64,000 nucleotides of DNA from Octopus vulgaris (Eukaryota): NCBI GenBank assembly GCA_951406725.2, contig OX597821.1, forward strand, positions 28,706,001 to 28,770,000. Direction: 5' to 3'. Below, in pieces: positions 40,663-54,751 of this stretch (its first letter is position 1; each line of letters opens with the position of its first letter). Under the pieces are notes generated by a model. That model saw only the letters and a list, made by a program, of their open reading frames with translations. It did no database searches and was not told where the DNA came from. The position numbers and the translations under genes are program-made.

Positions 40663-41246
40663 AATTTCTATATTGCTCACAAGGGGTTAAACATAGAGAG
40701 GACAAACAAGGACAGACAAAGGGAATAAGTCGATTACATCGACCCCAGTGCGTAACAGGTATTTAATTTATCGACCCTGAAAGGATGAAAGGCAAAGTTG
40801 ACCTCGGCGGAATTCGAACTCAGTATGTAAAGAGGACGAAATACCTATTTTTTTACTACCCACAAGGGCTAAGCATAGAGAGGACAAACAAGGACAGACA
40901 AAGGGAATAAGTCGATTGCATCGACCCCAGTGCGTAACAGGTACTTAATCTATCGACCCTGAAAGGATGAAAGGCAAAGTCGACCTCGGCGGAATTCGAA
41001 CTCAGAATGTAAAGAGGACGAAATACCTATTTTTTTACTACCCACAAGGGCTAAGCATAGAGAGGACAAACAAGGACAGACAAAGGGAACAAGTCGATTC
41101 ATCGACCCCAGTGCGTAACAGGTACTTAATCTATCGACCCTGAAAGGATGAAAGGCAAAGTCGACCTCGGTGGAATTCGAACTCAGAAAATAAAGACAGA
41201 CGAAATACCGCTAAACATTTCGCTCGACGTGCTAACGTTTCTGCCA
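40663..41246 (-). mobile_element. Head-to-tail SINE trimer (about 182-bp period)
   Basis: CACAAGGG recurs at 40678, 40861 and 41043; monomer at 48528-48760; 17-bp TSD CAGGAGAATATATTTCT at 40646-40662 and 41245-41261. Confidence 0.9.
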
Positions 41247-42112
41247 GGAGAATATATTTCTCTTAAGTCCCGGTCATTGCTGGCGATGCACCGGTTTTGC
41301 GTTTCGCTGTGTTTCCTGTTTCAGTGTTTGATTGGTGAATGTCGGCATTGAACACGCTTCTGTTTTCATTAGACGTGCGTGGATAAATCTAGCGGTCTTG
41401 CAATGTCTTTTTAAGAGATAATCTCGCTTCGGATTCCATAGCCCGAAACCCACCCATGACGTGCTTAACTGACAGATACATGACAACACAAATGCACCCA
41501 CGGATATACATGCAGTGAGTCACCTTCATGTGTTATTTCTAATGAACGATAATTTATATGCCTCAAACACGCACAGCTGGACACAGCTGGGTTACAACAA
41601 ATGTGACGGGCTTCACGGAATTAAAGTAGATAACTAAGGTTCTGTGACGAACGTAACATATACATCGATTGTTTCTTATACTGACTGTCGATCAAACCTA
41701 CTTTGATAACAGAAAATAATAGTGCAAAAACACACACACTCACACTCAACACGAGACAGACACATACAACTATTGTTCTCATATTGACTAGATTAAAACT
41801 ACTTTTGTAACAGAAAATAATAGTGCTAACACGAACGTCCGCACGCAGAGCAACACAACCACAGACAGACACACACAGTCACAGACACCCACACGCACAT
41901 ACACACACATGCTAGAATGGGTCTATGCATTCTTATAAATGTAAGCATACGAATGTCGTTCATATCTTTCGCAGAAGCAATAGTAAACAAAAATATTCAT
42001 ACAAAGCGTATAGAAGTTGTACACCACCTACGCCAAAACATAAATTCGGTGAAGTACTCAAATATGCCATCGGTTTGGTGAGAAATCAAGAAATCAACGA
42101 ATAAGAAAATTA

Positions 42113-42535
42113 CGGATCTTTTCGGTTTGAACGGCAGTTTTTAACATAATTTCTAGGTAACTAAAATATTTCAAAGTTCGTATACTGGTAGAATGTGTTT
42201 ATAGAACATCTTTTTCTCTTGGCTTTATTGAGAAAATTCTATAGTTTGTAAGATATTTGTTGTTTTTTTCTTCAAATTCTGCAATTTCAACTAATCACTG
42301 ACGTCTATTGAGTTAAAAAGCATTCTGTGCCGTATGAATATGTCCCTCGTTTAAGAAACAGATTGGGTTTATTTACATTTGTGAGGGAAAAAAAGATACC
42401 CCTAACCCTAACCCTAACTAACCCTAACCCTAAAAGAGATTGAAATGCAATAGATCGATTCTAGGGTCATACTTATGGATGACAATTTCATATGACACCG
42501 CTAGAAAAAGCTGCCGTTGAAACCGAAAAGATCCG
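42113..42535. mobile_element. MITE with about 28-bp TIRs and internal (CCCTAA)n
   Basis: GGATCTTTTCGGTTTGAACGGCAGTTTT ... AAAAGCTGCCGTTGAAACCGAAAAGATCC; second copy at 47960-48368. Confidence 0.85.
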
Positions 42536-42878
42536 TAAGTTACTGTTACTGTTAATTTCACGAATTTTGTGGATAACTTAATAATGTTGCTTTACACAAA
42601 CTTTAAAAGATTGAAATTTACAGAAAATAGACAACACGCCGTAATGTAGAGAATGTGTCATTTTAAAGATAAAGCATAATAAATGCAACTGGTATTAAAT
42701 GTCTATAATTGGAACCGAAATGTTTATCGCAGATATTATTCAGCTCCATTGACGACTGCGACTAGTGTATACTGCTTGCCACTATCGTGTAAAAGATGAG
42801 CTATCTACATATATACAAGTGCACATGCACTTACATATACCCAAGACATTTGTATATATGTACATATAATAATGCATG

Positions 42879-42944
<66 letters not shown>

Positions 42945-43773
42945 TGCATAAATATATATACACATATATATATATATAAAATATTTGTGTGCATTGTATA
43001 TAGTTTAGAATAGACACACAATATGCGTGTGTGTATGTGCTTGTATGCATTATGTGTGTATATATATATATGTGTGTGTGTGTATATATATGTGTGTTTA
43101 TATATACATACATACAAACATGCATATACATGCGTACAAACAAACATGCACATACATAAAAACATACAAGCATACATACATACATACATACATACGTACA
43201 AACATATATGCATACATACGTACATACATACATACCTATTGTCGTCACCAAATAGAGATATGCTTCTAGCAAGAACAAGAATACAATAATCAATAGACAT
43301 CCGATAATTGAATAATAAATATAAATTGAGTAAAACACAAAGATAGTGATTAGGAGAGTGTTGTAGTTTGCTTGAAGCATTACGTAACAGAAAGAAAATC
43401 ATTGTGTATGCGTGATGCGCCTTGAATTCTCATATCTAATGGTCGAATAATGCTACCTATATAGCATTCGGTGTATGTGATGCACTGGACGTGATTCATA
43501 TATTATAGACACATAGTTGTATTATAAATGGAGATATTGACCAGCAAGCGTAGATTTCTGATGGAGGGGGACTGTATCATAGGTATTATAGGTGAAAGGA
43601 GTCAACATAGTCCATCACCATCTTGTAACCCTGCTAAAAACAGTTATAATTAGCAACGTGCGTATTATATCTAAAGCATATATACTACTGAAAGCCTTCT
43701 GAAGTGTAGTATTCATCTCGTGAAAGCATCTGTGAAAGACGTTTAGTTTTAGATAAGACAGATGTGTATCACA

Positions 43774-43923
43774 GTATTTACATTATTCACATTATTCACA
43801 TTTTGACACAACGTTTCGGCTAATATACCTTCCAGCCTTTATCAGGTGACTTGGGGAAATTTCGAACCTGGGTTCTCATTCCTAAGGTATTTTTCGATGT
43901 TGTTATCATCATTATTATTATTA

Positions 43924-43990
<67 letters not shown>

Positions 43991-44130
43991 GGTCAGTGCC
44001 TGGAATCGAACTCGGAATATTGGTATTAGTAGCCCACACTCTGAACCACTATGCCATATACCCGGATTGGTTATCCGTCAATTGTAAAAAATGTAAATAA
44101 TGTACATAATTCCGCATCTCTTAAATATGG
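43774..44130 (-). mobile_element. tRNA-head + (AAT)n + hammerhead composite element
   Basis: Minus strand: A box TGGCATAGTGG (44046-44056), B box GAGTTCGATTCC (44002-44013), (AAT)n, then a hammerhead; inverted tail-like piece at 44073-44130. Confidence 0.75.
43805..43850 (-). ncRNA. Minimal type I hammerhead, core mutated (CUGAUAA)
   Basis: Minus strand: GUCAC-CUGAUAA-A-GGCU..AGCC-GAAAC-GUU-GUGUC. Confidence 0.7.
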
Positions 44131-45724
44131 AACAGAAATGTACGAGTATCAGATGTAGACGAACAACGTTCGGCAGTAGCATTGGCATTTCTAAAACTGA
44201 GTGTCTGCCTTTGGAGAAGTTGACCAGGAAACGTAGATTTCTGATGTGGGTGAGCTGTGTCATAGGAACAAAGGGTCAATAGGGACCATCTCTTCATGGA
44301 GGCGACACCATCTGATAAGCCTGCTAACACCAATTATTATTAGCAATCTGCAAATCATACTTAATGAATATATACTGTTGAAAGCCTTCTGCAGGGCAGT
44401 ATGCGTATCGCGAAAACATCTGTTATAGACGTTTAATGTTAAGTAAGACAGAAATGTATCAGAAATAGAGGAAAAGCATTTACAGTACTAGTGGCATTAC
44501 TAAAACTGAATATCTGGTTTTGAGCTTCATCAGAGTCACGTACCCACTGGCACTCCATGCTAAGCAAAAATCGACCGCTAGCTGATAGGGTTAAACAGAG
44601 AATGCGCAGTCACTGATACCGCATTTAGCTGGCAGGTTGAACAAAAAGTTATTGTTAGCAATGGAAGCAGTACTAGGTCAATTTAGCAAGCTGTATATCA
44701 TACTTAAAGCAATAATAATGATTTTGTTGGTAATGAGATATTATGCGACTTTCCGGCCAAATAGGACATTTTTGACGTTACAATCACTGTTTATCTATAA
44801 AAGCTAGCATTCGATTTTCGCCTAGATTGCGGTGCCACTGGTTACTTGCTACTGAGGAATCTCAAAGAAGCAACACCCGGACCTAGTAATTTCACCGGCG
44901 CTGTTTGACATTTTCTCTATACTGCAAATATTTTCTATGTTTTTTGGTTTGTTTATTTTCCGAAAGATATTCTTTCTCGATACGTATACCACAGTTTGGA
45001 AGGCTTTCAACAATTTGTACGCTTTACGTATGATATGTAGATCACAAATTTAAAGAAATACTATCACTGCCGCTAATAACGAAGCAGTTATTTCATCCTT
45101 GCTGAAGTGTAGTAGCTTGAGAAAAGTGATGTCGGAAAAGTACTCCCCTTTCATAGAGAGCAACGGAGGCCGCTTATCCAGCATCTTGTGGAGTTGTACG
45201 GTATGGGGAGATCTACCTCATTACATTCATTCCGGGTACATTTCAGATCTATTGTACATACCCGGATGAGCACTGATAACGGGCGGCAATTAAATGTGGA
45301 CGAACCTTCATTAGTGAAGTTTGGTGATTAATTAGTCTTCATGTGATACAACTCATTCATTACATCCTACACACACTAAAACATATATACACAAGCACAT
45401 CACATACATAACCCTGACAAACACACACACACGTAGGCACACACATAGACACACACACACATCTATGCACATACACACACATAGTCATACAACACAGGCC
45501 ATGGAACTCAATTGCACATCTCTTCAAATGAGGATTTTGGTCTCTATAGACTCATAAACTTCATATTAGTTTAACAGGCAAATTTCTTCAAAGGCATAGA
45601 ATTTTTTTCTGAAAAATTAAAAATAATCACTTCTAGAATAAAATTTTATTACTTTTAGCATTGGTATAACTGGCATTTAATTTTGCTATTTTTTTTTAAT
45701 TTTTATTTATTTCAGATATTCGAA

Positions 45725-46101
45725 TGCAGCCTTGTAAGGGCACTGCTTTGAGGATTTCAGTAAAAAAATTCGATCATTGTCCTTAATTTTGAAACCAGGC
45801 ACGTACTCCACCGGTCTCTTTTGCGGAAACTATATGTTACGGGGACGTAGGAAAACCAACACCGGTTGCGAGACGGTGGAACGGGGTCAGGCATGACACA
45901 AAACCAAAGAGACACACACACACAGATGCACACAAACATATATATGATGGGATATTTCAGTTTCAGTATACCAGTTCCAGTCACATGGCTCTAGCCAGCC
46001 CCGATCTATAGTGGAAGATTTTTGTCCAGGGTTCCATACAGTGGCACTGAATCCAACATTGATTGGTTGGGAAGCAGGCTTCTTAGCCACGCCTGCGCCT
46101 A
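45725..46101 (-). mobile_element. Diverged SINE (family of 33020-33428)
   Basis: CGGTCTCTTTTGC..TTACGGGGACGTA..TTTCAGTTTC..CAGTGGCACTGAA..CCTGCGCCTA. Confidence 0.7.
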
Positions 46102-47959
46102 TATAGACTTTTGAAAATACTGTGAATGATTAACGGAATTTTTGTAAGATACGCCAAACCGAAATCAAGATGATGCACAAGGAACAGATGGAAAGTTGAG
46201 AGCAGAAAACAAACTAGTTTACACCACTAACGGGGGATTTCCATAATAATTGATTGTGAAGGTTAGGGCAAGAGAATTTCCAAGAGAAATATAAGAGGAT
46301 TTTTTCCTCTGAGCAAATAGCTATCAAGAGACTAGGTTTTCTGAAACGAGTAAAAATGATGCTCGAATTAAAACGGGATTTGTGTGTACTTGCGTGCGTG
46401 CATTCCACTGTCAACATAAGGGATGGGGAAACGTAGGAAAATGTTTTAAAATGCTTTTTTGAACATTTATTTTTACAATTTTACCGATTCCTCCAGCCTA
46501 AATCAGTCACAGATTTATTTCCCCTGTCACAAGTAAGACAAAGACAGTTTACTTGCGAAGAATCCGTTATTCATCCTGGATGACAGAATACAACATACAC
46601 CAAATGGAATTTCGCTTTTACAATCAAGGCTTATGTTGATTAAAAACAACACCAACACCTAACAACGGCACAGTAACACTGTCTTAAGTAACTTACGCCT
46701 GTTACTTAATATGAAGTAAAAATTATTTTCACCTACAATGGTTTTTACACTTAACTCCAGATATACTTCCGTGTAATCAAATTACCCATTATGACTCTTC
46801 TTTAGGTTATATGTAAGTGGACAGAAACATATTGGGACAAAAACTCACCAAAGTTTAGTGTTTTTACCACAAAACAACTTTAGCAACAAACATATTCCTT
46901 TGCAAAAGTAAACAAAAATGTCTACTAGAAATAGTAATTTTTAATCGAAATCTCGTGATGCTAATCAATCTTCTCAAAATACTGTGAACAAGCCAAAATT
47001 TGGCATAACAGATTGGAAACTATGTAAACAAATCGCTGCCGCCTTCACTAAATTCTCATACATCTCTGCCTGAAACCGATTTGAAAGACACGACTGTAGA
47101 ATATATTTAACTTCATAGCATTTTGAAACAAAAGTTCGAAAAGAAAAACAAATGTTTTATAAGTTTTCTAGTCTACAATTGAACGATGAGTTATTTTTGA
47201 CCAAATTAGAGCAAAAGCCAGCAGCTCTCATTTTAAAAGTCATCAAATCATCGGTGATGTTGGATGACACGTGAACTCGTGTAATATTAATTGCTTTGTA
47301 TATATACTTACAATCGATGGTTGATATAAAGATCTTCACCCGTGAACAAAAAAAATAATAATAATAAACCAGACTGCTGAGTGTTAACAAGTATGTAGAA
47401 AACGAATATGAAAAAAACTTGCGCTAACCGCCCTGGGGTGCGGTGGGGAGAGGACTTTTATAAAATTCATATAACTTCCGGTAAAATGGGTACATGTTGA
47501 ATTTTTTTACGGAATCCCACGTTTTTGGTAATGGAGGATCCGGTACTGAAAAAAAATTTCAAAAGACCATTTTCAAAATTTCAATTCCCCCACATCTACA
47601 CACGCCCACACTCATCCCCACTTCATTTTCCACTTTTTCCGGATTTTTATTTTTTTTTTTTGCGGGTGGGGGGGGATACGTAGAAAAATACGAAGATTAC
47701 AATTCTGAAAAACATTTGTTTGTAAGATTTCAATTTTCAATTTTCAACAAAAAAATAAAATAACATATACCTCAAGACCTTCAGGCAGGGTTAGCCACAT
47801 GCTAGAAATAACAGCCAAATCTCACAAAACTGCGATAACATAATGAAAGCAATCTACTCACCTTTCTGCAAACATTTCTTGTAGTGGATGGAGAATTTTT
47901 GGTCTACAATAGCTGCGAACTGCATGTTTATCAAGAGGCAGAGACATTAGTTCTCAGCG

Positions 47960-48368
47960 TTCGGTTTGAACGGCAGTTTTTAACATGATTTCCAGGTAAC
48001 TAAAAAATTTTAAACTTCGTATACTGGTAGAATGTGTTTATAAAACATCTTTTTGTCTTGGCTTTATTGAGAAAATTCTATAATTTGTAAGAAATTTGTT
48101 GTTTTTTTCTTCAATTTCTGCAATTTCAACCTATCAATGACGTCCATTGAGGTAAAAAAACATTCTGTGCCTTATGAATATGTCCCTCGTTTAAGAAGCA
48201 GATTGGGTTTATTTACATTTGTGAAGAAAAAAAGATACCCTTCCCCCACCCCTAACTCTAACCCTAAAACAGATTGAGATGCAATAGATCGATACTAGGG
48301 TCATAATTATGGGTGACAATTTCATATGACACCGCTAGAAAAAACTGCCGCTCAAAACAAAAAGATCC
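47960..48368. mobile_element. MITE, second copy of 42113-42535 (left TIR clipped)
   Basis: Colinear high identity with 42120-42534. Confidence 0.85.
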
Positions 48369-48527
48369 CGGCTTTCATATGGACGTTTTATGCTGAAATA
48401 AAGGAGCAGTAAACGATACCATCCTTACATTATTTAGTTTAAGTTGTGTAAATGAAGAGTTGGTTAAATAACGACATTCCAAAGGTGGCGATCATATGTA
48501 AACATTAAAGATATTACTAAGGAAAAA

Positions 48528-48760
48528 AGGCGGCGAGCTGGCAGAAACGTTAGCACGCCGGGCGAAATACGTAGCCGTATTTCGTCTGTCGCTACGTTCT
48601 GGGTTCAAATTTCGCCGAGGTCGACTTTGCCTTTTATCCTTTCGGGGTCGATAAATTAAGTACTAGTTACGCACTGGGGTCGATGTAATCGACTTAAACC
48701 GTGTGTCTGTCCTTGTTTGTCCCCACTGTGTTTCGCCCCTTGTGGGTAGTAAAGAAATAG
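48528..48760 (+). mobile_element. tRNA-derived SINE monomer
   Basis: TGGCAGAAACGTTAGCACG..GGGTTCAAATT; TSD AGATAT(T/A)ACTAAGGAA at 48509-48524 and 48759-48774. Confidence 0.88.
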
Positions 48761-49183
48761 ATATAACTAAGGAAGTAGAAATGACTCGAATTCAAGAATG
48801 ATTCACGGAATTCTATTTCATTTTATTCCATACAGCATGTTGATATATTAAATGGAAATTCATGTAAAGACTTACAGAAATAAAATGGTTTAATTCAGAA
48901 AGTTCTTCTAAAGTTCAGTCAGAGAAGAAATTTCAAATAACCAGATATGTTAAGATATTATTTGACAAATAATAGTAAAATGAAAATGTCACCATAGTCC
49001 AAAGTTCGTTATTAAAATATTTTGTTTGAACAGAATGTCAAAGTGCATGTCTGTGCAATTGGCTTTATGGATGTGTTTGCGTATGAGTGTATATGACTTG
49101 GAAAAAAATTTAACGAATGATACCATACTCTACTGCTCATTTATACTGATATATATATATATCCATACACACACACGCGCGCG

Positions 49184-49266
<83 letters not shown>

Positions 49267-49565
49267 GGAGGCGCAGTGACCCAGTGGTTAGTGCAGCGGA
49301 CTAGCGGTCGTAGGATCGCGGTTTCGATTTCCAGACCGAGCATTGTGAGTGTTTATTGAGCAAAAACACCTAAAAGCTCCACAAGGTTCCGGCAGGTGGT
49401 GGCGGCATTCCTTGCTGTACTCTTTCGCCACTTTCTCTCACTCTTTCTTCTGTTGGCCTGCTCGCTTAGCCAGCGTGGTGGCGTCATTTGAAGACTAAAA
49501 CAATGCGAAGCGCATTGTGACCAGCGATATGTAGCAACATCTAATAGCCTGGTCGGTCACGGTGA
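49267..49565 (+). mobile_element. tRNA-derived SINE, full length
   Basis: Same family as 11364 and 31915; lies within (TA)n. Confidence 0.9.
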
Positions 49566-49570
49566 TATAT

Positions 49571-49632
<62 letters not shown>

Positions 49633-51225
49633 TATATATATATACGTATGTATGTATATGTTAAATAGCTGAATTGTAATTCAACTATATTACAGCACTA
49701 TTTTAACTATTTCTATTTTTCAGGTAAATAAGATTAAAGTCCACATACACATGCGGCTTTTTGAGTAATTAAAAGAGAAAGATAGTATTTTTACCGTGGT
49801 GTTTGAATTTTGAAATAGGTGGTTCCATTAACCACATGTCGTGTTATATTCTTGTCTGCGTGTTCGATTCTCTATACAGATGCAAATACAAGCGATGATA
49901 TGCAACTGCATGGAAGTCTCTCTATTTGATTGTATAGCTCGGCATATGGTTTCGTCATTTAACGAATTCATTTGAAAATATTTACTATCTACCTCTACTT
50001 CATTCTCTTCTTATTTCTCTTATTATTTTAAACTGGATGACATCAAAAACATCCCTATACATTTCCACACACTTAGTACATATATATTAAAAATGGGAAT
50101 ATTTAAAAACTAATATAGCAGAATAGGTTATAGTTCATAAATAAAAATTATAAACACACAGAAGCACACATATATTGATAATAAAGTTAACTTGATATTT
50201 CATTTTAGTATTTCCATATTAATAGGTTAATGGCCTGTATCTCTTCTCGTTGGATGCCAGTCAATACAGTCCATGCAATTCCAAATTTTCCACATGCAAA
50301 GGGAAACTTATCCAGTTTTCATTTTCCTTTTATGTTTGTATATTCGTTATTGCGTATAAATTTTTTGCCTCTTCGCGTTTTCACTGTACATATGTTTATC
50401 TGTTAGTATATATGGATAGCTTAAGCCGAATGGTCTAACTTCACGATTCGTAAGTAGATATTTTCGCATCTAGGAGCGTGATGACTTTTGCTGAAAATGT
50501 TGGTTTTTCTATTTCAGAATAAATGGCTTCTACCATCGTTCACAAGCGATAGCAAACATTTTATAATTGCATAGATACTGGCGCTTTGAGGTATGTTTCT
50601 CTGTTTCAAGTAATATACAAGCGCTGTCAATTCTTTGTCCGATGTCCGTTGTCAAGTTCAAAATTAGTAGCTATGGTGATGAAATAAGTTCTTAAATCTA
50701 TTTGTTACCATTTCTCTATAATCATTTGCATTTGAATTAAGCCTAGATGTAATTGTCGCTACATATATCAGAAATTCTTCGAGGCAGTTTCCGTTAACTA
50801 AGCTTACACGAAGGCAATAACGCTTGTATTTTTATTCGTTCACGGTACCCGGCTTTATAAATATTTCATTTTCTACCTATTGATTATGGATATTACAACA
50901 GTTCGTGGAATCTTAACAAATACACCGTAAATATAATAATGGAAGACATTTCCAAGTGAAACAAAAGTTTTATATGAAAGGGACGGCACGTATGTCGAAA
51001 ATTTACCCTATTGTTCTCAGTAGAAATTCTTGTACACAACGACACTCGTTTAAGTGAAGAAACTCCAGTGCTCTTGAAACGTGAGAAGACTTTCAACAAA
51101 TCCTTAACTGTAGCCAGTTCGAAGTAGCACACAATTGTTTTGTGAATTTACTTCTAACAGTAATTTATTTAAAATGGGGACAATATTTTGGGAAGATACC
51201 TCGTTTTCGTTGTTAGTAATATATA

Positions 51226-51782
51226 TTGGGTTGTCCGGAAAGTTCGTGCCGATTTTTAAAAGAAAGAAAAAGGTCAATAAATACTTTCCATTACAATTTT
51301 AATCAACCAAGTATGAACCATTTTGTTCACAATGCATTTCCTTTAACTTGAAAATACCCTCTTCCCAGAATCGGGGTGGTTTCTTGGCAAAGAATTCATC
51401 AAGGTATCTTTTTGCATCATCCAAGGAATTGAAATTTTTACCATTAAGACTATTCTACAGAGACCTGAATAAGTGGAAATCCGAAGGAGCAATATCAGGT
51501 GAATATGGAGGGTGGATTAACACATCACAGCCCAGCTGCAGCAATTTTTGTCAGGTTCCCAAAGCATCAAGAGCCGAGAATTTACTTTCTTATCTTCCAT
51601 TTTAAAGGGTTACAGAATTAACACAGGTTATAGGAACATAAAGTTTCTTCCACGAAAAGATCGCTTAAACTGTGCTCTAAATGGAGGTGTAGTCAAATCC
51701 TATTTTCTGGACTCAACCATGTTCTAAAATAAGTCGAAAGGTAAGCTACTATAAATCGGCAAGAACTTTTCGGACAACCCAA
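51226..51782 (-). mobile_element. Internally deleted mariner transposon
   Basis: TIRs TTGGGTTGTCCGGAAAGTTCGTGCCGATTT / AAATCGGCAAGAACTTTTCGGACAACCCAA with TA on both sides; minus-strand HPPYSPDIAPSDFHLFRSL. Confidence 0.93.
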
Positions 51783-52160
51783 TACATCCCACCAATGTTG
51801 GCGTCATAGACGTGCAGTGATACTTACAAGTGACAGAGCAATGAAAATATGCCAACAAAATGTCATTCTGGAGTACCTCGACAAGTGTGCATTAGGCCTC
51901 AATACCAAACCTCATGAACCCGTTTCCCCCAGGATAGGAAGCGCGTTTCAAAATTCTTTCATGTGCCCAAAATAATTAATTCATTTAAGATGATGTGCCC
52001 CGTTTATGATTCTGATTGTAGCAGATTATTTTACCGTGCAGCCCTGCTTGTTATATCAAGTGTTATTATTACCGCAACATAGGCTGGAGTGTCGGCTCCT
52101 TTTGTGTGCCATAATATTCACTGTGGAATATGCGATCGTGAAAAAATAAATGTTTTAACT

Positions 52161-52334
52161 TTTATCCTTTACATGTTTCAGTCACTAGACTTCGGCCATG
52201 CTGATGAACCGCCTTCCGGAATTTTAGTATTCTATCGGCTTTTGCCGAAACGCTTGTTAACGGAGATGTAAACTCATCGACGCCGGTCTCAAGCGATGGT
52301 GGGAAAATAAACACAGACACATACATACATACAA

Positions 52335-52398
<64 letters not shown>

Positions 52399-52554
52399 GT
52401 ATGTATGTATATATATACGACGGTCTTCTTTCAGTTTCCGACTACCAAATTCGCTCCCAAGGTGTTGGTCGACCCGAGGCTATAGTAGAAATCACTCTGT
52501 CAAGGTGGGACGCACTGGAGCTGAACATGGGACCACACAGCCACGCTTGTACCT
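52161..52554 (-). mobile_element. Diverged SINE (family of 33020-33428)
   Basis: TGTTTCAGTCA..GGCCATGCTG..TTTGCCGAA..GAGGCTATAGTAGAA. Confidence 0.78.
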
Positions 52555-53500
52555 ATAAACTTTACTTTTGGAAGCAGTTTCGAAGAATATTTAGCTTCAC
52601 CCGTAGGGAACATAACTGTGGTGTGGTGCTTAACCTGAATGATATTATCTCGTATTCTGTTTTGCATTACACATTTTTCACGTTTAATGGTACTCTCACA
52701 TAGGCAGCAGAATTGGTCATCTTTACTGTTCTTGTTAAAATCAAAGCCTTTGTCATCATCCATTCCCTGGACGCTAATATTTGTGATGTTAGTCATATAA
52801 CAAGATAAACATTTTGAAATTTAGATGACTGAAAAGTATTTCTTGAAAAACTGAATGCAAATAAAATCAAAATATTATAGTAAATTTGGGAATCTCACAT
52901 TTAAGTCTTTTATGGCGTAATTTGTAGACTAATAAAAATGGTACTATGAAATGTTTCAAAACTTTTTACTGTTTCAGTAACAATTTATTATTATGAGACC
53001 TTAATTTAACATCAAAAGAAAACTTATCATCCGCTACATTATCTTGCCCATAAAATGGTTTCGCTGGGAAATCGATAGTTGTGAGACAGTTCGGGAGCAT
53101 ATACATACATATATAAATACATACATACATACAAATATATATACATACAAACATACATACATACATATATATATATATATGTATGTATGTATGTATGCAC
53201 TAAAAGAAATTACTTGTATATCCATCACGAAGAGGTATGATATGATATATGAACCCTTCCCTTGAGTCACCAAAATTGCCGTCGGAGATGGGAAGTTGGA
53301 ATGTAAAACAATAATGAAAATGTTGATGGCGACGATGATGATAATAATAAAAATAATAATGTTAATAACAACAACAATAATGAAAATTCATAATAATTAT
53401 AGCTAATTTTTTGTTCAACCTTTTAATCAAAAAACTTATCCGAAAGAAACGCATCTAAACAAAGCACTATCAAAGAATCCCTTGTCCCTTTCATTCCCCC

Positions 53501-53562
<62 letters not shown>

Positions 53563-53978
53563 CTCTCTATCTATCTATCTATCTATCTCTATCTTTCTTT
53601 CTTTCTTTCTCTCTCTCGCTCCCTTTCTCTCTCATTCACACGCATTTCTCTCCACATTTTCCTACCTCCACATTTGGTATGTCTATCCATCTCCATCTTT
53701 GTGCCATCTGTTTGTGTTTGTGTATATCTGAGTGTGAGTATATATGTAGGTATACATATATATATATATATATATATATGTATAAGTATATCTGTATATA
53801 TATATATATATATATAAGTATATATATATAAATATATATATATATATACGTGTTTATATATATATATATATATATACGTGTTTATATATGTATATACAAA
53901 TATCTATCTATCTACCTATATATATATGAATATATATATATATATACTTATATATCTATCTATATATCTATCTATATA

Positions 53979-54043
<65 letters not shown>

Positions 54044-54695
54044 TTACATACATACATATATGCATACTTATATGTGTGTGTTGATGTACTAAATACACTC
54101 AGAGAAACAGAGAAAATGACCAACAAAACCAGCAACATTAACTAGAAACCTAAACTTCACTCAATGAAATGATTTTTCACATCATAGCACACAATAGTTC
54201 TGAATGGCTGGCCAAATATTAAACACAGGAATAAAGAACAAAAATATAAGTAGAATACTAGAAATAATTGGAGACAAGGAAACAAAATAATATAGAAAAA
54301 CAATGAATGCAATAACAAGATTAAAAGGATGAAATACCAAAACTAAGTCAAGAGAGAGAGACACTCACACACGCAAGCACGGACGCATACTCACACAGAC
54401 TTACGATTTAAACACACATACTCATATACCCATAGATTTTACAAATGCTTCCGTTGGTCTCGTATTGTTTTAAAACGACATAACATTAATATACGTAAAA
54501 GCGACACGGACAAGGTTTTAGAAAGAGAAATAACACAAACAGCGCCATCATATCTATGTGCACCAAGCACACTCACACACAACACACACACGCGCACTCA
54601 CACACACCACATACATGCATACGTCTTTTTTTTAAACACACACACACATGCATATATATATATATACACACACACACATGCCTACGTATACAGAC

Positions 54696-54751
<56 letters not shown>

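Noticed and set aside
40663-41246. Regular repeat array suggestive of CRISPR
   Set aside because: Full-unit tandem copies without unique spacers, eukaryotic context, and a monomer SINE exists at 48528.
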